Positions 37,462 through 48,900 of a stretch of 64,000 nucleotides of DNA are shown here, in pieces. Below the pieces are notes generated by a model. That model saw nothing but the letters and a program-made list of their open reading frames with translations. It was not told the DNA's origin and ran no database searches. The position numbers and the translations under genes are program-made. Each line of letters starts with the position of its first letter. Position 1 is the stretch's first letter. Source of the DNA: a virus; IMG/VR virus record IMGVR_UViG_3300022213_000237, positions 105,568-169,567 of that record, one strand, 5' to 3'.

Positions 37462-40400
37462 TGGACAAGCTACCGAAATTAACTCCGGCGCAGCTAGAAT
37501 TTTTGGCTGCCAATAGAGAGCAACTTGAGCGCCGGGCGCTCTTTGCCGTCTGTATATCCAAAGAACATCTGCATGCCTGGATTAAGCGGTATCTGAAAAT
37601 CGATCTGCCGGACACAATTGTCTGCGACGATGACGTAACGACGCCTGCTTCTAACAGCACCCCCATGGACCTTGTGTGGGAAATTTATCAAAAGGCTTTA
37701 CAGGGCGATGACGAGAAGTTTCAGCGCGTACTTGCTTACGCCGCGCGGGACAGCTTTAAAACACTATCCGCTTCGGTTCTAGAAATCCTTTGTTTGTTTC
37801 ATCTTCGGCGCGACGTTGCCCACATGGCTGCCATTGAAGCCCAGGCCCAAAAGGCTGCTTCGTATGTCTCTAAGTATTTGAATTTTCCTTATTTGCGAGA
37901 CTTTGTATCAGGAAACAATAAACGTGAAATACGTATTACACGTTACGAAGATTCTCGAGGAAACATCCTTACCCCAAGAGAGTTCGAAGAACTAGAGCCT
38001 AGAGATCAGCGCAAATACGAGCCTATTTCTCATTACATGAAGATCGTCATTGCGACCCTTAGCGGTGCGAATTGTGTAGACCCTACTACTTTTATTCGTC
38101 TAGCCAATGGAGAGGATGTTCTTGCTGTAGATATTAAGTCTGGTGATGAAATTTTAAATTTTGATCTTAAAAATCACACTTGGACGACTTCTAAGGTTGG
38201 AAGTGTTGTGTCATCTATTAAAGCTGCTATGAAGGTTTCTTTGGATGACGGCTCCTATGTGGTTGTGTCCGAAGACCATCCAGTTTTGACTACTCGAGGA
38301 TGGATTCGCGCCAGAGCTTTGCGGCTTACTGACAAGGTTCTTCCTCCTCCAATTTCCAGTACAACTCAGGTAATTAAACCACCTATTTTGGCTGACGGCG
38401 TTACCTTGGAATCGTTTAGCGTCGATCAGTTAATTTTGGGTTCTGTTCTTGGTGATTCTAGTTTGACGTGGCCCAAAAATTCATCTGGAGATAATTACGG
38501 TTCGGGGCCCCGTTTTCAAGTTTATCATTGCGCGGCCCAACTTCCTTATCTTTATCACAAGAAGGAGATCTTGGAGAATGCTGGCATTAAGTGTAGCGTA
38601 TATATGGATCCACGTGGTGGTGGAAAATTAATGACTGGAGTTTTACCTCAATACGCTGACTATTATCGGATGATGTATCCTGAGAATAAGAAGCAGGTAA
38701 CCAAGGAATGGTTGTCTAAACTTACCGACGAAGGACTGGCTTATTGGTTAATGGATGACGGCTCCGGTTCTCCTCAGAAATTGGGGTCCAGAAAAGATAA
38801 ACACATTTCAATAGCTACCTGTGGTTTTAGTTTACAGGAACATCAATTAATAGTTGATTTGTTTTTAGCAAAAGGACTGAATCCCAAAATTGGGACAGTA
38901 ACAAACCAAAGCTCCAAAACTTGGAATGTGATTGAATTTGATCTTGATTCTTCTAGAGAGTTATCGTCCCGTCTCGATAAATGGATCCATCCTGTATTGA
39001 AATATAAGTTCCCCACACCATTTCAGCTTCTAGATACCAGGTGTATTGAGACTGGAGCACCAATACAGAGATCTTCTGGTCTTGGATTCAGTAGAATTAC
39101 CCGCACTCCTAAGGTCTCTGAAAGAGAAAGATGGTCTGCTTTTAGAGATATGTTTACTCGAAGTATTCAACAATTAGAATTCTTGGGCAAACGAGTAATG
39201 ATGGATATTTCTGTCGATACAGACGATGAGATGAAACGTAACTTCGTAGCTAACTCCTCGTTATTATTACATAATTCCGAGCATGTGAGTTTTATGGTTC
39301 TCGACGAACTCGACTTAGCTCCAGCTGGCCCGGTTGAAGAAGCAAAAATGATTCCCGCCCCAGGTCAGGTTCGCGGTGAACTTCCCATCACGTTCATGAC
39401 GTCGACGCGCAAGTTTGCCATCGGACTTGTTCAGCAAGAAATAGATAAAGCTCAAAAGGACAGCGATTACCATTTACAGATTCGTCATTGGAATATCATC
39501 GACGTGACGAAGCGCTGTGAACCTAAACGCCATCTGCCCGAAGAACCCAAAATTCCTATATATTATTCGGAGCACAGCCTACGGGCAATCAGTGAACCAG
39601 AGTACAACCTTCTTTCCACTGAAGAGAAGACCAAGTTCCTAAAGCAAGAAGGCTACGCTGGTTGTTTACGTAATTGTTCTTTGTTTGCTGTCTGCAAGGG
39701 GCGATTAGCTACTAAACAAAAGGTAACTGACGACAATGTTAAGCCTAGGCCGATGTTAAAGCCTATTCCTCACGTCCTCACTCAATTCAAATCAGTCAAT
39801 CCAGACCACGCTAAAGCGCAATTGATGTGCTGGAAACCTTCTTCGGAAGGACTCATATATCCCTTTTTTAATTACTCTCGTCACATGATTGATGCCGCCG
39901 AGATGTATGAAAAAATAACTGGTGAGGAAATTCCTAAAGACCAATTAAATAATTTTACCAAGGCTGACCTAATCAAGGTTCTGCAAGAACGTGAAGTCGA
40001 ATTCTATACAGGCATGGACTGGGGTTATACTCACAATTGGGCAGCTGTAACCGGGGCTAAGGTTGGTCACCGATTCTTTGTCTTTGACGTCATTGCGGTT
40101 GCTGAGCTGGAAGTCATGCAGAAGATAGAGATGTACAAAAATAAGTTGGGGTTCCTGGACGCCACTGTATTTGCTGACCCCGAAGATCGCTCTAGCATAG
40201 AGACCTTCCGAAAAAATGGTGTTCGCATGCGAAAATGGAAGAAGGGTAGCGTAATTGGTGGTATCGATGCCGTACGTACTAAACTAATGCCCGGTCTTAA
40301 TAAAGAACCGGAACTGTATTTCCTGGCTAACGATGAAGGTTGTGAGTTACTGGCGGATCGTATTGCCAAGTATGCCTGGGTTCTCGACGCTACCCAGAAA

Positions 40401-40721
40401 CCTACCGATGTTCCTAGTGATTTTGAAGATGATGAATGCGACGCCCTCAGATACGTGATTGTGAATTTGTTTGGTAATCGTAGCAATATGGTGGCGGCAA
40501 TTGGTCCCGTGGCTCCCGGCGTTCAGTACGACCCTTCCTTTCCGGCGCCACGAGATGGAATGGGAATACCTCCTGGTATTTCCGTGTATCAAAACGAGAC
40601 TATTCTTGAATCTACTACTGAAAATTGGATGGATCGTAAAATTCAAGAACTTACCGGCAACCACGAAGATCCCAACGTCCCGAAATCCGGACGTAAAGGT
40701 TCTTTCAGCTTTGATTTTTGA
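37461..40721 (+). CDS. terL: terminase large subunit, intein-containing
   Basis: Walker A variant AARDSFKT, Walker B MVLDE, TSTR, nuclease GMDWG, ADPED, DDECDALRY. Confidence 0.9.
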   Translation: MDKLPKLTPAQLEFLAANREQLERRALFAVCISKEHLHAWIKRYLKIDLPDTIVCDDDVTTPASNSTPMDLVWEIYQKALQGDDEKFQRVLAYAARDSFKTLSASVLEILCLFHLRRDVAHMAAIEAQAQKAASYVSKYLNFPYLRDFVSGNNKREIRITRYEDSRGNILTPREFEELEPRDQRKYEPISHYMKIVIATLSGANCVDPTTFIRLANGEDVLAVDIKSGDEILNFDLKNHTWTTSKVGSVVSSIKAAMKVSLDDGSYVVVSEDHPVLTTRGWIRARALRLTDKVLPPPISSTTQVIKPPILADGVTLESFSVDQLILGSVLGDSSLTWPKNSSGDNYGSGPRFQVYHCAAQLPYLYHKKEILENAGIKCSVYMDPRGGGKLMTGVLPQYADYYRMMYPENKKQVTKEWLSKLTDEGLAYWLMDDGSGSPQKLGSRKDKHISIATCGFSLQEHQLIVDLFLAKGLNPKIGTVTNQSSKTWNVIEFDLDSSRELSSRLDKWIHPVLKYKFPTPFQLLDTRCIETGAPIQRSSGLGFSRITRTPKVSERERWSAFRDMFTRSIQQLEFLGKRVMMDISVDTDDEMKRNFVANSSLLLHNSEHVSFMVLDELDLAPAGPVEEAKMIPAPGQVRGELPITFMTSTRKFAIGLVQQEIDKAQKDSDYHLQIRHWNIIDVTKRCEPKRHLPEEPKIPIYYSEHSLRAISEPEYNLLSTEEKTKFLKQEGYAGCLRNCSLFAVCKGRLATKQKVTDDNVKPRPMLKPIPHVLTQFKSVNPDHAKAQLMCWKPSSEGLIYPFFNYSRHMIDAAEMYEKITGEEIPKDQLNNFTKADLIKVLQEREVEFYTGMDWGYTHNWAAVTGAKVGHRFFVFDVIAVAELEVMQKIEMYKNKLGFLDATVFADPEDRSSIETFRKNGVRMRKWKKGSVIGGIDAVRTKLMPGLNKEPELYFLANDEGCELLADRIAKYAWVLDATQKPTDVPSDFEDDECDALRYVIVNLFGNRSNMVAAIGPVAPGVQYDPSFPAPRDGMGIPPGISVYQNETILESTTENWMDRKIQELTGNHEDPNVPKSGRKGSFSFDF
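38073..39275 (+). mobile_element. intein (401 aa, class 1) with LAGLIDADG endonuclease in terminase
   Basis: CVDPTT start, SEDHPVLT, LGSVLGDS and LAYWLMDDG, ends LLHN then Ser; visibly more AT-rich than flanks. Confidence 0.93.
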
Positions 40722-40755
40722 CACGGTCACAATCTTGACCAAATAGAGGAATCCC

Positions 40756-41733
40756 ATGCCCATTGTTGATATCCATTCCACCATCGTCATGTATGGTGAC
40801 GGCGAGACGCCGACCCAGAACCCGCAACGACGCTTTGTTGATTGGTCACGTCATTTAACTGGCGTGAGAATCGAAAATCCGTCAGTTCGAGAGTATGTAG
40901 CCCAACCAGGGGAACAACTCAGTATTTTCAGTGGTGTACGGTCTACCGCCATCGACAATACCACCGAGTTCGATCTCACCCTTAATCCCGTCAAGGACTC
41001 TACGTACCGATTAACGGGTTCCGGTGGTACGGCTCCGGGATTTCGTACAGCTCGGGTCTATGACGCCACAAATAACGTCCATACGATGACGGTGAATAAC
41101 AACGCCACGATGTCGATGGAAATTGGGGTCGGGAACTTCGGGGCCTCTGTTGGTGATTGGGTATTTATTCCCGATACCACGACTGGCGATAGCGCAAGTC
41201 CTTTTAATGTCGCAAATACTGGATTCTGGGTTGTTATCGCCGCCACCGCCACTAAATTGACCATGATTAGACGCGTGGGCGAAGATTTTAATGGTGTCGA
41301 TGAGGCGCCTACGGTTCCAAGCGGATCCATCCAGATCTTTTCTTCAGCTGGCGTTCAGATTGGAGATGTGGTCAAGTTAAGCTCCGGCTTTTCGCAACCC
41401 ACCCTTGGTACTTATGAAGTCGCCGAAGTTACCAGCAATTGGATTGAATTTGTTTCTGCCACTCCATTGCCGCTTGAAAGCGGAATAATCCCACTAGCCG
41501 CCAATATTATATTCTACAGTGACTTCAAACGTTTTGTTCGTGTTGAGGCGGATCAGCTCGCTATTGTGAGATTGAATGGAGACACGGGCAATACAAACGA
41601 AGTCGCCCCTCTGTTGGCTGGAGATCCAGAAGCAGTTGGACACTTTGAGAAATGGGGTCCGGTGTGGGAATTAAAGGTAGTAAATCAATCTACCGTCAAT
41701 CCTATGAAGGTTACTGTAATTTCTGCGGAATAA
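40756..41733 (+). CDS. putative virion structural protein (beta-rich)
   Basis: Thr/Gly/Val-rich, between terL and portal. Confidence 0.55.
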   Translation: MPIVDIHSTIVMYGDGETPTQNPQRRFVDWSRHLTGVRIENPSVREYVAQPGEQLSIFSGVRSTAIDNTTEFDLTLNPVKDSTYRLTGSGGTAPGFRTARVYDATNNVHTMTVNNNATMSMEIGVGNFGASVGDWVFIPDTTTGDSASPFNVANTGFWVVIAATATKLTMIRRVGEDFNGVDEAPTVPSGSIQIFSSAGVQIGDVVKLSSGFSQPTLGTYEVAEVTSNWIEFVSATPLPLESGIIPLAANIIFYSDFKRFVRVEADQLAIVRLNGDTGNTNEVAPLLAGDPEAVGHFEKWGPVWELKVVNQSTVNPMKVTVISAE

Positions 41734-41737
41734 AAAT

Positions 41738-43756
41738 ATGGCCGAAAACAAATCACCTCCAGGACCATTGCAGGCCGTCGTCGATGCTAAGGTACAGCGC
41801 TCCGGTGGGCGTATCAAATTCTCTCTTCATGATATCGATGAAGAAGGGAAGCTCCGCAAGTCCAAGGAAGAAGAAAATCCGTTGGCGGGTACCAAGCTTC
41901 AAAAAAGTTTCGTCAATTACACCGAAGACGTTAAGCGTGGGAAGGAAGTTAATCGTCTATCTTTTGAGGTAGACCCGACACACGCAAATTATTATCAGTC
42001 GTTGTGGATGCCTAAGTGGGGGCAACTTCCTGACCATGTCTTAAAACAAGTCTCCCTAAAAGATTCGTTGGTCGCCTCGATACTCACCATGCGCTCAAGC
42101 CAGATGTCTGCGTTTGGACGCGAATTGCAAGATCGCTTTGCTTCTGGTTATCGTATTGAGCCTCGGCCAGGTGTGATGGAAGATGCGTCCAATGAGCAAA
42201 AGGAGCTGCTCCAGAAGAGAATTGAAGATGCCAGTAAGTTGATTTCTACTTGCGGCTCTATCGAGGGGGTTCGTTTTGATGAGCGCATGTCTCTTTCTAC
42301 CTTTTTGTCGCTGCAAACCCGCAACGCTCTAGTTTTTGGTCGTTTTGCCACAGAAATTATATACACCCGAGATCCAGACGGAACTCGTAAATTTCACAGC
42401 TACCGGCCTGTCGATGCTGGGACCATTTACCAAGCGGCACCACGTCAAGATCATCTCAATCAAGTACGTAAAGAGGCTCTGCACCTACTTCAGCAGCTAA
42501 AAGGGCCAGATGCAGAAAAATTGAGTGCAGAAAAGTTTGAAAACGACGAATACGCCTGGGTGCAGGTGCTGGATGGCAAGCCTCGGCAAGCCTACACACC
42601 GGAAGAGATGGTCGTTCATAACATGTTTCCGTTAACGGATATTGAGTTGCGGGGTTATCCGATTAGTCCGATTGAAACCGTAATCGATGGCATCGCCACC
42701 CATATGAACATTGTACAGCACAATAAACTGTACTTTCAAAGTGGTCGAGCTGCCCGTGGTATGGTCGTCATTAAGTCACCGGACGTAGACCAGGGACTTG
42801 TGGCGCAAATACGTCAACATTTTAACGCGTCTATTAATTCTGTTTCTAACGCTTGGCGTGTACCTGTTTTTGGTGTTGACCCCGAAGATAGCGTCGAATG
42901 GGCACCCTTTGATATGTCCTCGGGCCGTGACATGGAGTTTCAATACCTATCTGACCAAAACGCGCGGGAAATTTGTTCTGCGTTCTTGATTTCGCCAGAA
43001 GAGCTACCCGGCTATCAGCACCTTAGTCGCGGCACTAACTCTCAGGCGCTTAGCGAAAGCTCTAATGAGTATAAGCTTGAGGCTGCTCGAGATGTCGGTA
43101 TCCGGCCTCTACTTAATCATTTCCAAGATTTCTTAAATGATCACATTTTACCTCTTATCGACCCCGCAGTTGCGCAGCTGTGCTCGCTAAAGCTCTACGG
43201 TCTCGATGCTGATACCGAAGAGAAAGAAGATACAGGTCTCACCAATCGTATGCAGATTGACCTGACCATGGACGAAATCCTTGAGCGTAAGGAAAAAGAT
43301 CCAGTTGGGAAAGAGTGGGGAGGGAAGTTTCTCTTCAATCCTGCTTGGCAGTCGGTGCTAGATAAGTATTTTAAGGTTTCGGACATCAAAAAACATTTCT
43401 TTGGGTTACAGCCCACAGAAGACGATGAATATGTAAGAGACCCCTTTTGGTTCAATTACCAACAGCTGAAGATGCAGGCAGAGCAAATGGAGCAACAAGC
43501 TCAGGCGCAACAACAGCAAGCTCAAGCCGAGAGCGGTGGTGAAGTCCAGGACGAAAGCCAAGAACAGGATTCTCAATTAGCTCAAAGCGCAGACAAAGCC
43601 ATTGATTTGATGAGCAAGAGCGAGAAACAACTGCCTCCCGGTAAACGGCGTTTGTTACATCTACACAAGAAAATCGTGAAAGACGCCATGGCGGAATGGG
43701 AAAAAGACAGTAAAGAAGCCTTGGCTGCGGTCGTGCAAGCCGTGAAGGACGAATAA
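41738..43756 (+). CDS. portal protein
   Basis: RPVDAGTI, GYPISPIE, YFQSG..ARG, NAWRVPV, DMEFQ..ICSAFLISPEEL, GIRPLL portal motifs. Confidence 0.88.
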   Translation: MAENKSPPGPLQAVVDAKVQRSGGRIKFSLHDIDEEGKLRKSKEEENPLAGTKLQKSFVNYTEDVKRGKEVNRLSFEVDPTHANYYQSLWMPKWGQLPDHVLKQVSLKDSLVASILTMRSSQMSAFGRELQDRFASGYRIEPRPGVMEDASNEQKELLQKRIEDASKLISTCGSIEGVRFDERMSLSTFLSLQTRNALVFGRFATEIIYTRDPDGTRKFHSYRPVDAGTIYQAAPRQDHLNQVRKEALHLLQQLKGPDAEKLSAEKFENDEYAWVQVLDGKPRQAYTPEEMVVHNMFPLTDIELRGYPISPIETVIDGIATHMNIVQHNKLYFQSGRAARGMVVIKSPDVDQGLVAQIRQHFNASINSVSNAWRVPVFGVDPEDSVEWAPFDMSSGRDMEFQYLSDQNAREICSAFLISPEELPGYQHLSRGTNSQALSESSNEYKLEAARDVGIRPLLNHFQDFLNDHILPLIDPAVAQLCSLKLYGLDADTEEKEDTGLTNRMQIDLTMDEILERKEKDPVGKEWGGKFLFNPAWQSVLDKYFKVSDIKKHFFGLQPTEDDEYVRDPFWFNYQQLKMQAEQMEQQAQAQQQQAQAESGGEVQDESQEQDSQLAQSADKAIDLMSKSEKQLPPGKRRLLHLHKKIVKDAMAEWEKDSKEALAAVVQAVKDE

Positions 43757-45756
43757 TGGCTAAGATCAAGCGCCTGTCTAAAAAGACGATGACTAAAATA
43801 GCCGACGCCGTCGACGCCCTCTTCGACAAAATGAAGGTGCGGCTTCTCGGCCCTCGTATGGTGGATAAGAAACTATTTATCACCTACAATCGCGAGAAAT
43901 CGTTACCCGGTCTCTACGAGCAGGCGCATATCGAAGAGAAAGGTATTCCAGACAAGGAACATCTTGATCAATTGGTGCGTACCACTGAAAATTACTTAGA
44001 AGCAGTGCGTCATCGAGCGAAGGCTAAGACCGTGGTCGCGGTACAGTCATTTATGGCCGAAAATCCTGACGCTAATGTAACCGACGTCCTGGGTGGCGAA
44101 CTTGCTGATATTTATGGTCAGGTTAAGCACGAGGTACGTAGGATTGCGGATACCGAAGCCCAGCATTTTCGCAATGTTGGTGTGATGGACGGTATTGTAA
44201 GAGTTAGCGCCGCCCACGGCATAAGTGATCCGATAGTGTATTTTGTTACAGTCAGAGACCAATACAGATGCGAGGAATGTACCCGACTCCATTTGCTTGA
44301 AGACGGCATCACTCCACGTGTCTGGAAATTGTCCGAATTAGGACATGGATATCATCAAAAAGGTGATGAAAATCCAAAGGTTGGGGGACTACACCCACAT
44401 TGTAGGTGCGTGTGGGATGGAAACGCACCTGTAATTACAGAGTCTGGTATCAAACCACTTAAATCTGTAGAGATAGGCGACCGGGTATTGACTCATACTG
44501 GTAAGTTTAAGAAAGTTATTGGTACTTTTTCTAAAGATGGTCTACTGCCGGAGAAAACGGACGACGTATACCGAATAGAATTCAGGTCCCCGCTGGGAAA
44601 AATACACAAGCTGCGTGTTACCAACGATCACTTAATGTTAACTCAGCGTGGTTGGGTGAGGGCCGAGGCCCTGGTCCCCGGTAAAGATACATTAGAATAT
44701 CTATTCGCTTCTTGTGAGACATGCAAAAAAGCATTTCCTCATAATATTCAAAAGCCTCGAAAAAGATTCTGCTCTTATAAGTGTTCTATTTCTGACAAAA
44801 TAGGTAAACCAAGTCCTACTCTTGGCAGGAAAGCTACACCAGAAGAAAAAGAGTTGAGATTAAAATCCATTAAAGCACTTTACGAAAAGAAGCACAAAAC
44901 AACATTCCCCCAAAAGACTGTTAATTGTAACGGGTGCGGAAACGAGTTTACAGTTGAAACTGGGTATAGGGATAAGTCTGGACATTGGGTGTCTCGTAAG
45001 AATTATAAGCTCGAGTATTGCTCTCGATCGTGTATTTCTAAGGCCATAGCTCTCAAACAATGGTCAAGTGCTGAACATAGACTTGCTGTTTCGGAAGCTA
45101 ATCGAAAATCTATGTTAGAACAATATCGTACTGGCAGACGCAACCCTTTAGGTATTAAAGAAGCCAGGCAAGCTCTTTACGGTTTGGGTCGAGGCGGAAG
45201 TAAAGACGAGAAACGTTTGTATCAAACAATTAAAAGCTCTTACTTAGACGCCGAATCCAACTATTCGATAGGAAGATATTTTGCTGATGTTGCTATTCCA
45301 TCTATTAAGACAGTTGTAGAGTGGGACGGTGGTGGTCACTGGCTTGATGTATATAAAGGCAAAAAGACTATGGAAGAAAAGATAGCTGAAGACGCAACTC
45401 GTGATGAGTTTATGAGAAGTTTGGGGTGGCACGTTCTCAGATATACAGAAGAAACAGGGTTTAGCACAATATTCGAAGATATCCGGAGGGTGGCTCAAAA
45501 TTCTACTGGTCAATACTCATTCAGGCCTGTTGAAATTGTCAAAGTAGTTAGAATTCCAGCCAGCAAAGCCTCCCCTGGAAGGAGATTATATGATATAACT
45601 GTAGAGGATGATTCTTCTTTTGTTGTTATGGGTATTGTTTCTCATAATTGTTCTATGACCACACTTCTTCCCGGATTCGGATTTGATAGTGCCGGTATGG
45701 TTGCGTGGAAGGGTGAACATCACGACGAGTTTGAGCGCCAGCGTGCAGGGCTTTAA
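43756..45756 (+). CDS. MuF/SPP1 gp7-like head morphogenesis protein, intein-containing
   Basis: RRIADTE, D.yrCeeC, LHPHCR[intein]C motif; directly after portal. Confidence 0.85.
   Translation: MAKIKRLSKKTMTKIADAVDALFDKMKVRLLGPRMVDKKLFITYNREKSLPGLYEQAHIEEKGIPDKEHLDQLVRTTENYLEAVRHRAKAKTVVAVQSFMAENPDANVTDVLGGELADIYGQVKHEVRRIADTEAQHFRNVGVMDGIVRVSAAHGISDPIVYFVTVRDQYRCEECTRLHLLEDGITPRVWKLSELGHGYHQKGDENPKVGGLHPHCRCVWDGNAPVITESGIKPLKSVEIGDRVLTHTGKFKKVIGTFSKDGLLPEKTDDVYRIEFRSPLGKIHKLRVTNDHLMLTQRGWVRAEALVPGKDTLEYLFASCETCKKAFPHNIQKPRKRFCSYKCSISDKIGKPSPTLGRKATPEEKELRLKSIKALYEKKHKTTFPQKTVNCNGCGNEFTVETGYRDKSGHWVSRKNYKLEYCSRSCISKAIALKQWSSAEHRLAVSEANRKSMLEQYRTGRRNPLGIKEARQALYGLGRGGSKDEKRLYQTIKSSYLDAESNYSIGRYFADVAIPSIKTVVEWDGGGHWLDVYKGKKTMEEKIAEDATRDEFMRSLGWHVLRYTEETGFSTIFEDIRRVAQNSTGQYSFRPVEIVKVVRIPASKASPGRRLYDITVEDDSSFVVMGIVSHNCSMTTLLPGFGFDSAGMVAWKGEHHDEFERQRAGL
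44407..45648 (+). mobile_element. intein (414 aa) with zinc-finger and Vsr/DUF559-like endonuclease
   Basis: CVWDGNAPVIT start, VTNDHLMLTQRGW, YFADVAIP..VVEWDGGGHW..RDEFMRSLGWHVLR, LYDITV..IVSHN then Cys. Confidence 0.9.
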
Positions 45757-45966
45757 ACCGGCTCAAAGCCGGTCATGAATCCGATTTCGTCGACTGGCTA
45801 CTCATTAGTTTTCTCCTTGGTTAATGGCCGGAATGGGTAACCCCGTTTAGAGCCAAGTAAACAGAGTAACGTTCACGGTAGGAACAAGTCAAGGGCGGCG
45901 GCAATCTTTGCGGTATGGGTTTGTTGGACGCTACCGGATTTGAGGTCACTGCGTTTACATTTTTGA

Positions 45967-48900
45967 GTGAAGACGTCAATGAATAAGCTAACTAAATCGA
46001 TGGTTATTGATGGAATTGCAGCTTCACAAGCTATTGATTCTTCAGGTGAAATCTTAGACATCGAAGGCTTAGATATTTCGTCAGTTAAAGAGGGTACGGC
46101 TCAAATAAATTACGAGCACCGCTCTGATTCGTCTGATGGGGCGAGCGCCAATGATATTATTGGCCATATCACTTACGCGAAGAAGATTTTTGGTCCCAAA
46201 GACTGCGAAAACGACCGACAACTTAAGTACTGGAATTCGGTCCAGTTACCGTTTGTGTACATCAAAGCCGAGCTTTTTGACGGTGAGGGGCATGTCGGAG
46301 CACAGGCAGCGGCGGCATTGATTCGATATTACCACCTCCGACGCCTACCCCTTGTGGCGAGATACTCAATCGAGGGATCTACTTTAAAACGAGAAGGCAA
46401 CACCCTCAAACGCTCTATAATGAAGAGGGTTTCTCTCACCGTAAAACCTTGTAATCGTTCATGCATTTCTGGTGTTCTTTCCGATGGCGAAAAACCCGAA
46501 GCTTCACCAGACGCGCTTGAAAGTCTTAAGCGTTTTGAGAATCCAGGTCGTGCGAAACTCGGCGGCTACGAAGGCGAATTCGAACCCGTGGTTTTAGACC
46601 CTCTTCAGAAGATGAGAGACGCGGTGGAATCGCTGCGTGAGATGAATAATCTCAATAAAGCTCTTTCAGCTGGCGGCTTTGATGCTGTCCCTACAACTCT
46701 TACTGGCGGAGCCGCACTTTCGGCTGAGAATTTTGGCGACGTTGAGAAGAGAAAGAAATTTATTAAGAATCAGGTTCTTGGCGCCGTACGTGATTGGCGA
46801 GGTCGTGGTGACCTTCGGAAGTTTCTGAAGCATCGTATGCCCGACGCATCAGAGGACTTCATCAATCATTTTGCTGCTCTGGTCGAAGACTATCAACTTA
46901 AGAAGTTTGCCGACCTTGAAGCCAACCTAAATAAGGCAGTAGCTGGCGGCGCCGTTGCAGGTAAGACTCCAGCGGCTGCGATACAGCCCGCAGACAAACT
47001 GGCACCAAAGAAACCTGATTCTAAGGTCCAGACCAAGGCCAAGGCACAAAAGCTGGCGACCGTGGAGCAACATCACGCCAAAGTCAAAGCCACACAAGAA
47101 AACGAAGATAACCTAACCGAAGCCGACCTTGGCGATCAACCTTTAACCGTGCGCGGTAAAGCGGTACGCGCGAACGACAATATCACGTCTCCTCATTTTG
47201 ATGAGCGAACAGGTACTCTACACACTCAACGCGGGTCCTTCAAGATGTACTTGCCGCAGGAAGATAAATTCCCAGGCGCTTTAGAGTCATTCCATAACGC
47301 TCTGAATGATCCAAAGGCTACTCATTTCCATGACTACGCTACCAGTAATTGGCTGAAGGTTCACAAACTTCTTAAGGAGGGTCGTCTGCCTCCGGAAGTG
47401 ATTATGCACAGTGTGTTGTTTTCACAACTGAGTCCCAATACACCTGTCCCCATGCAGGAGCTAATGTACGGACATTTAGTGGACACCATGAAGGAAAAAG
47501 GGGTAGATGCCCGTTCGCCTTCATTCTCTTCTATTAAAGACGATTGGATAGGCAGAGATACCGGTAAGAAATTCCCTGAAGTGGCGGGAGATTTTTTCCA
47601 ACAGAATCAAGGAATCCGTCTCAAAAACCCAACATCTACTAGAGAAGCTGGAGATATGGGGAGTTTCATGCTTGCGAACAACAAGTTCAAAAACATGGAA
47701 CAGTATCATGGTCTCCATAATTCGTTAGTGGAGCTGTTTGGTCGTCATAGTACCGATGCCCGCGCAGCCGTTTCCGAGCTTATGGGTCATAAGCATAAAG
47801 CCAACTTGTGGGAAGCAAGGCGTGCTCGCGAAATCGAGAAAGGTAGACCCGATCCTGGTGAATATGCCGATGGCCCAGCAGTCCCAGGCCTAGCACCAAA
47901 GACTGGACGCTACATGGCGGCCATGATTGGCGGCGGCAACGTCCACGTGCCAGATACCCATTTTGCCCGTTATTTATTTGGTCTCGAGAAGGGTACGGAT
48001 AAGCGTTCAATTGCTTACCTCAAAAACACTTTATGGAATCCCAACAACAGTCACGTTCTTGAGGGTATCGATCGTTTTTACGCCACGAATCACCCAGCTG
48101 TCCAGCACATGATGGATCATCCTGTTTTTGGTAAACAGTTTGCTTCCCGCGAAGACGCTATTTTCCCCGCGTTCTGGAAGAATTGGATAGCTATCGCACC
48201 ACACGAGCGAGCACGCAAAATGAAGACCATGGCTTACAACGAAGCCACGGACCATAAACCTTTCTGGGAAGCCATCGCTCCATTTACGAAAGCAGAAAAC
48301 GACGATGTGAGCTTTGACTTTGGTGCTAATGCGGACACACATGCACATGCGCGTAAGGTTGTTAATCGATTACGAGAACCTAATCGTTCTGTGGGTCATG
48401 CTTTTGTGGATTATGTTGTTGGCAAGTCCCCAAAACGTCCAGATATTCACCCCGACCTGGAACGACATCTAGCTCGTCACGGCATTGTTGATCCAGCTGG
48501 ATACGGATTCGATGAATCTGGCCGCAGTATGCGCCGACCTATTCCGGGTCCGCGTAAAATTGGTCGCGGCGAGGAGCCTCGAGACCTACACAGATTCAGG
48601 ATGATGAATCGTGGCTGGGATCCCGGCTACGTCAAAGGCGAGCTAGAGAAGTCTGAATCCGGAAATACATTGCCGCAGCAAACGGCACGGCTGCATGCTC
48701 AATGGGTTGAGCAATACGGCGAGATTCCGGCGCAAATGCTATACTACGCTCACATCGTTCCTCAGCTGTTGCGCGCGAGCCGCAGAAACGAGAACGTGAT
48801 TGTCAAGTTTCAGCGTATAGCCGAAGATTTACGTAAGGCCGTACCTCAAGACCCGCCATTGCCAGAATTACCTAAACACGACACCACAGGCTTACATGAG

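Noticed and set aside
37730-37765. Terminase inactivated by a degenerate Walker A (RDSFKT)
   Set aside because: Arg, Lys and Thr are retained, the other ATPase and nuclease motifs are intact, and terminase P-loops are known to deviate.
45818-45872. Twister ribozyme (GUUAAUG...CAGAGUAAC resemblance)
   Set aside because: The required P4/L4 element (GGU-nnn-AAGCC-type loop) and pseudoknot partners are not found in the right order.
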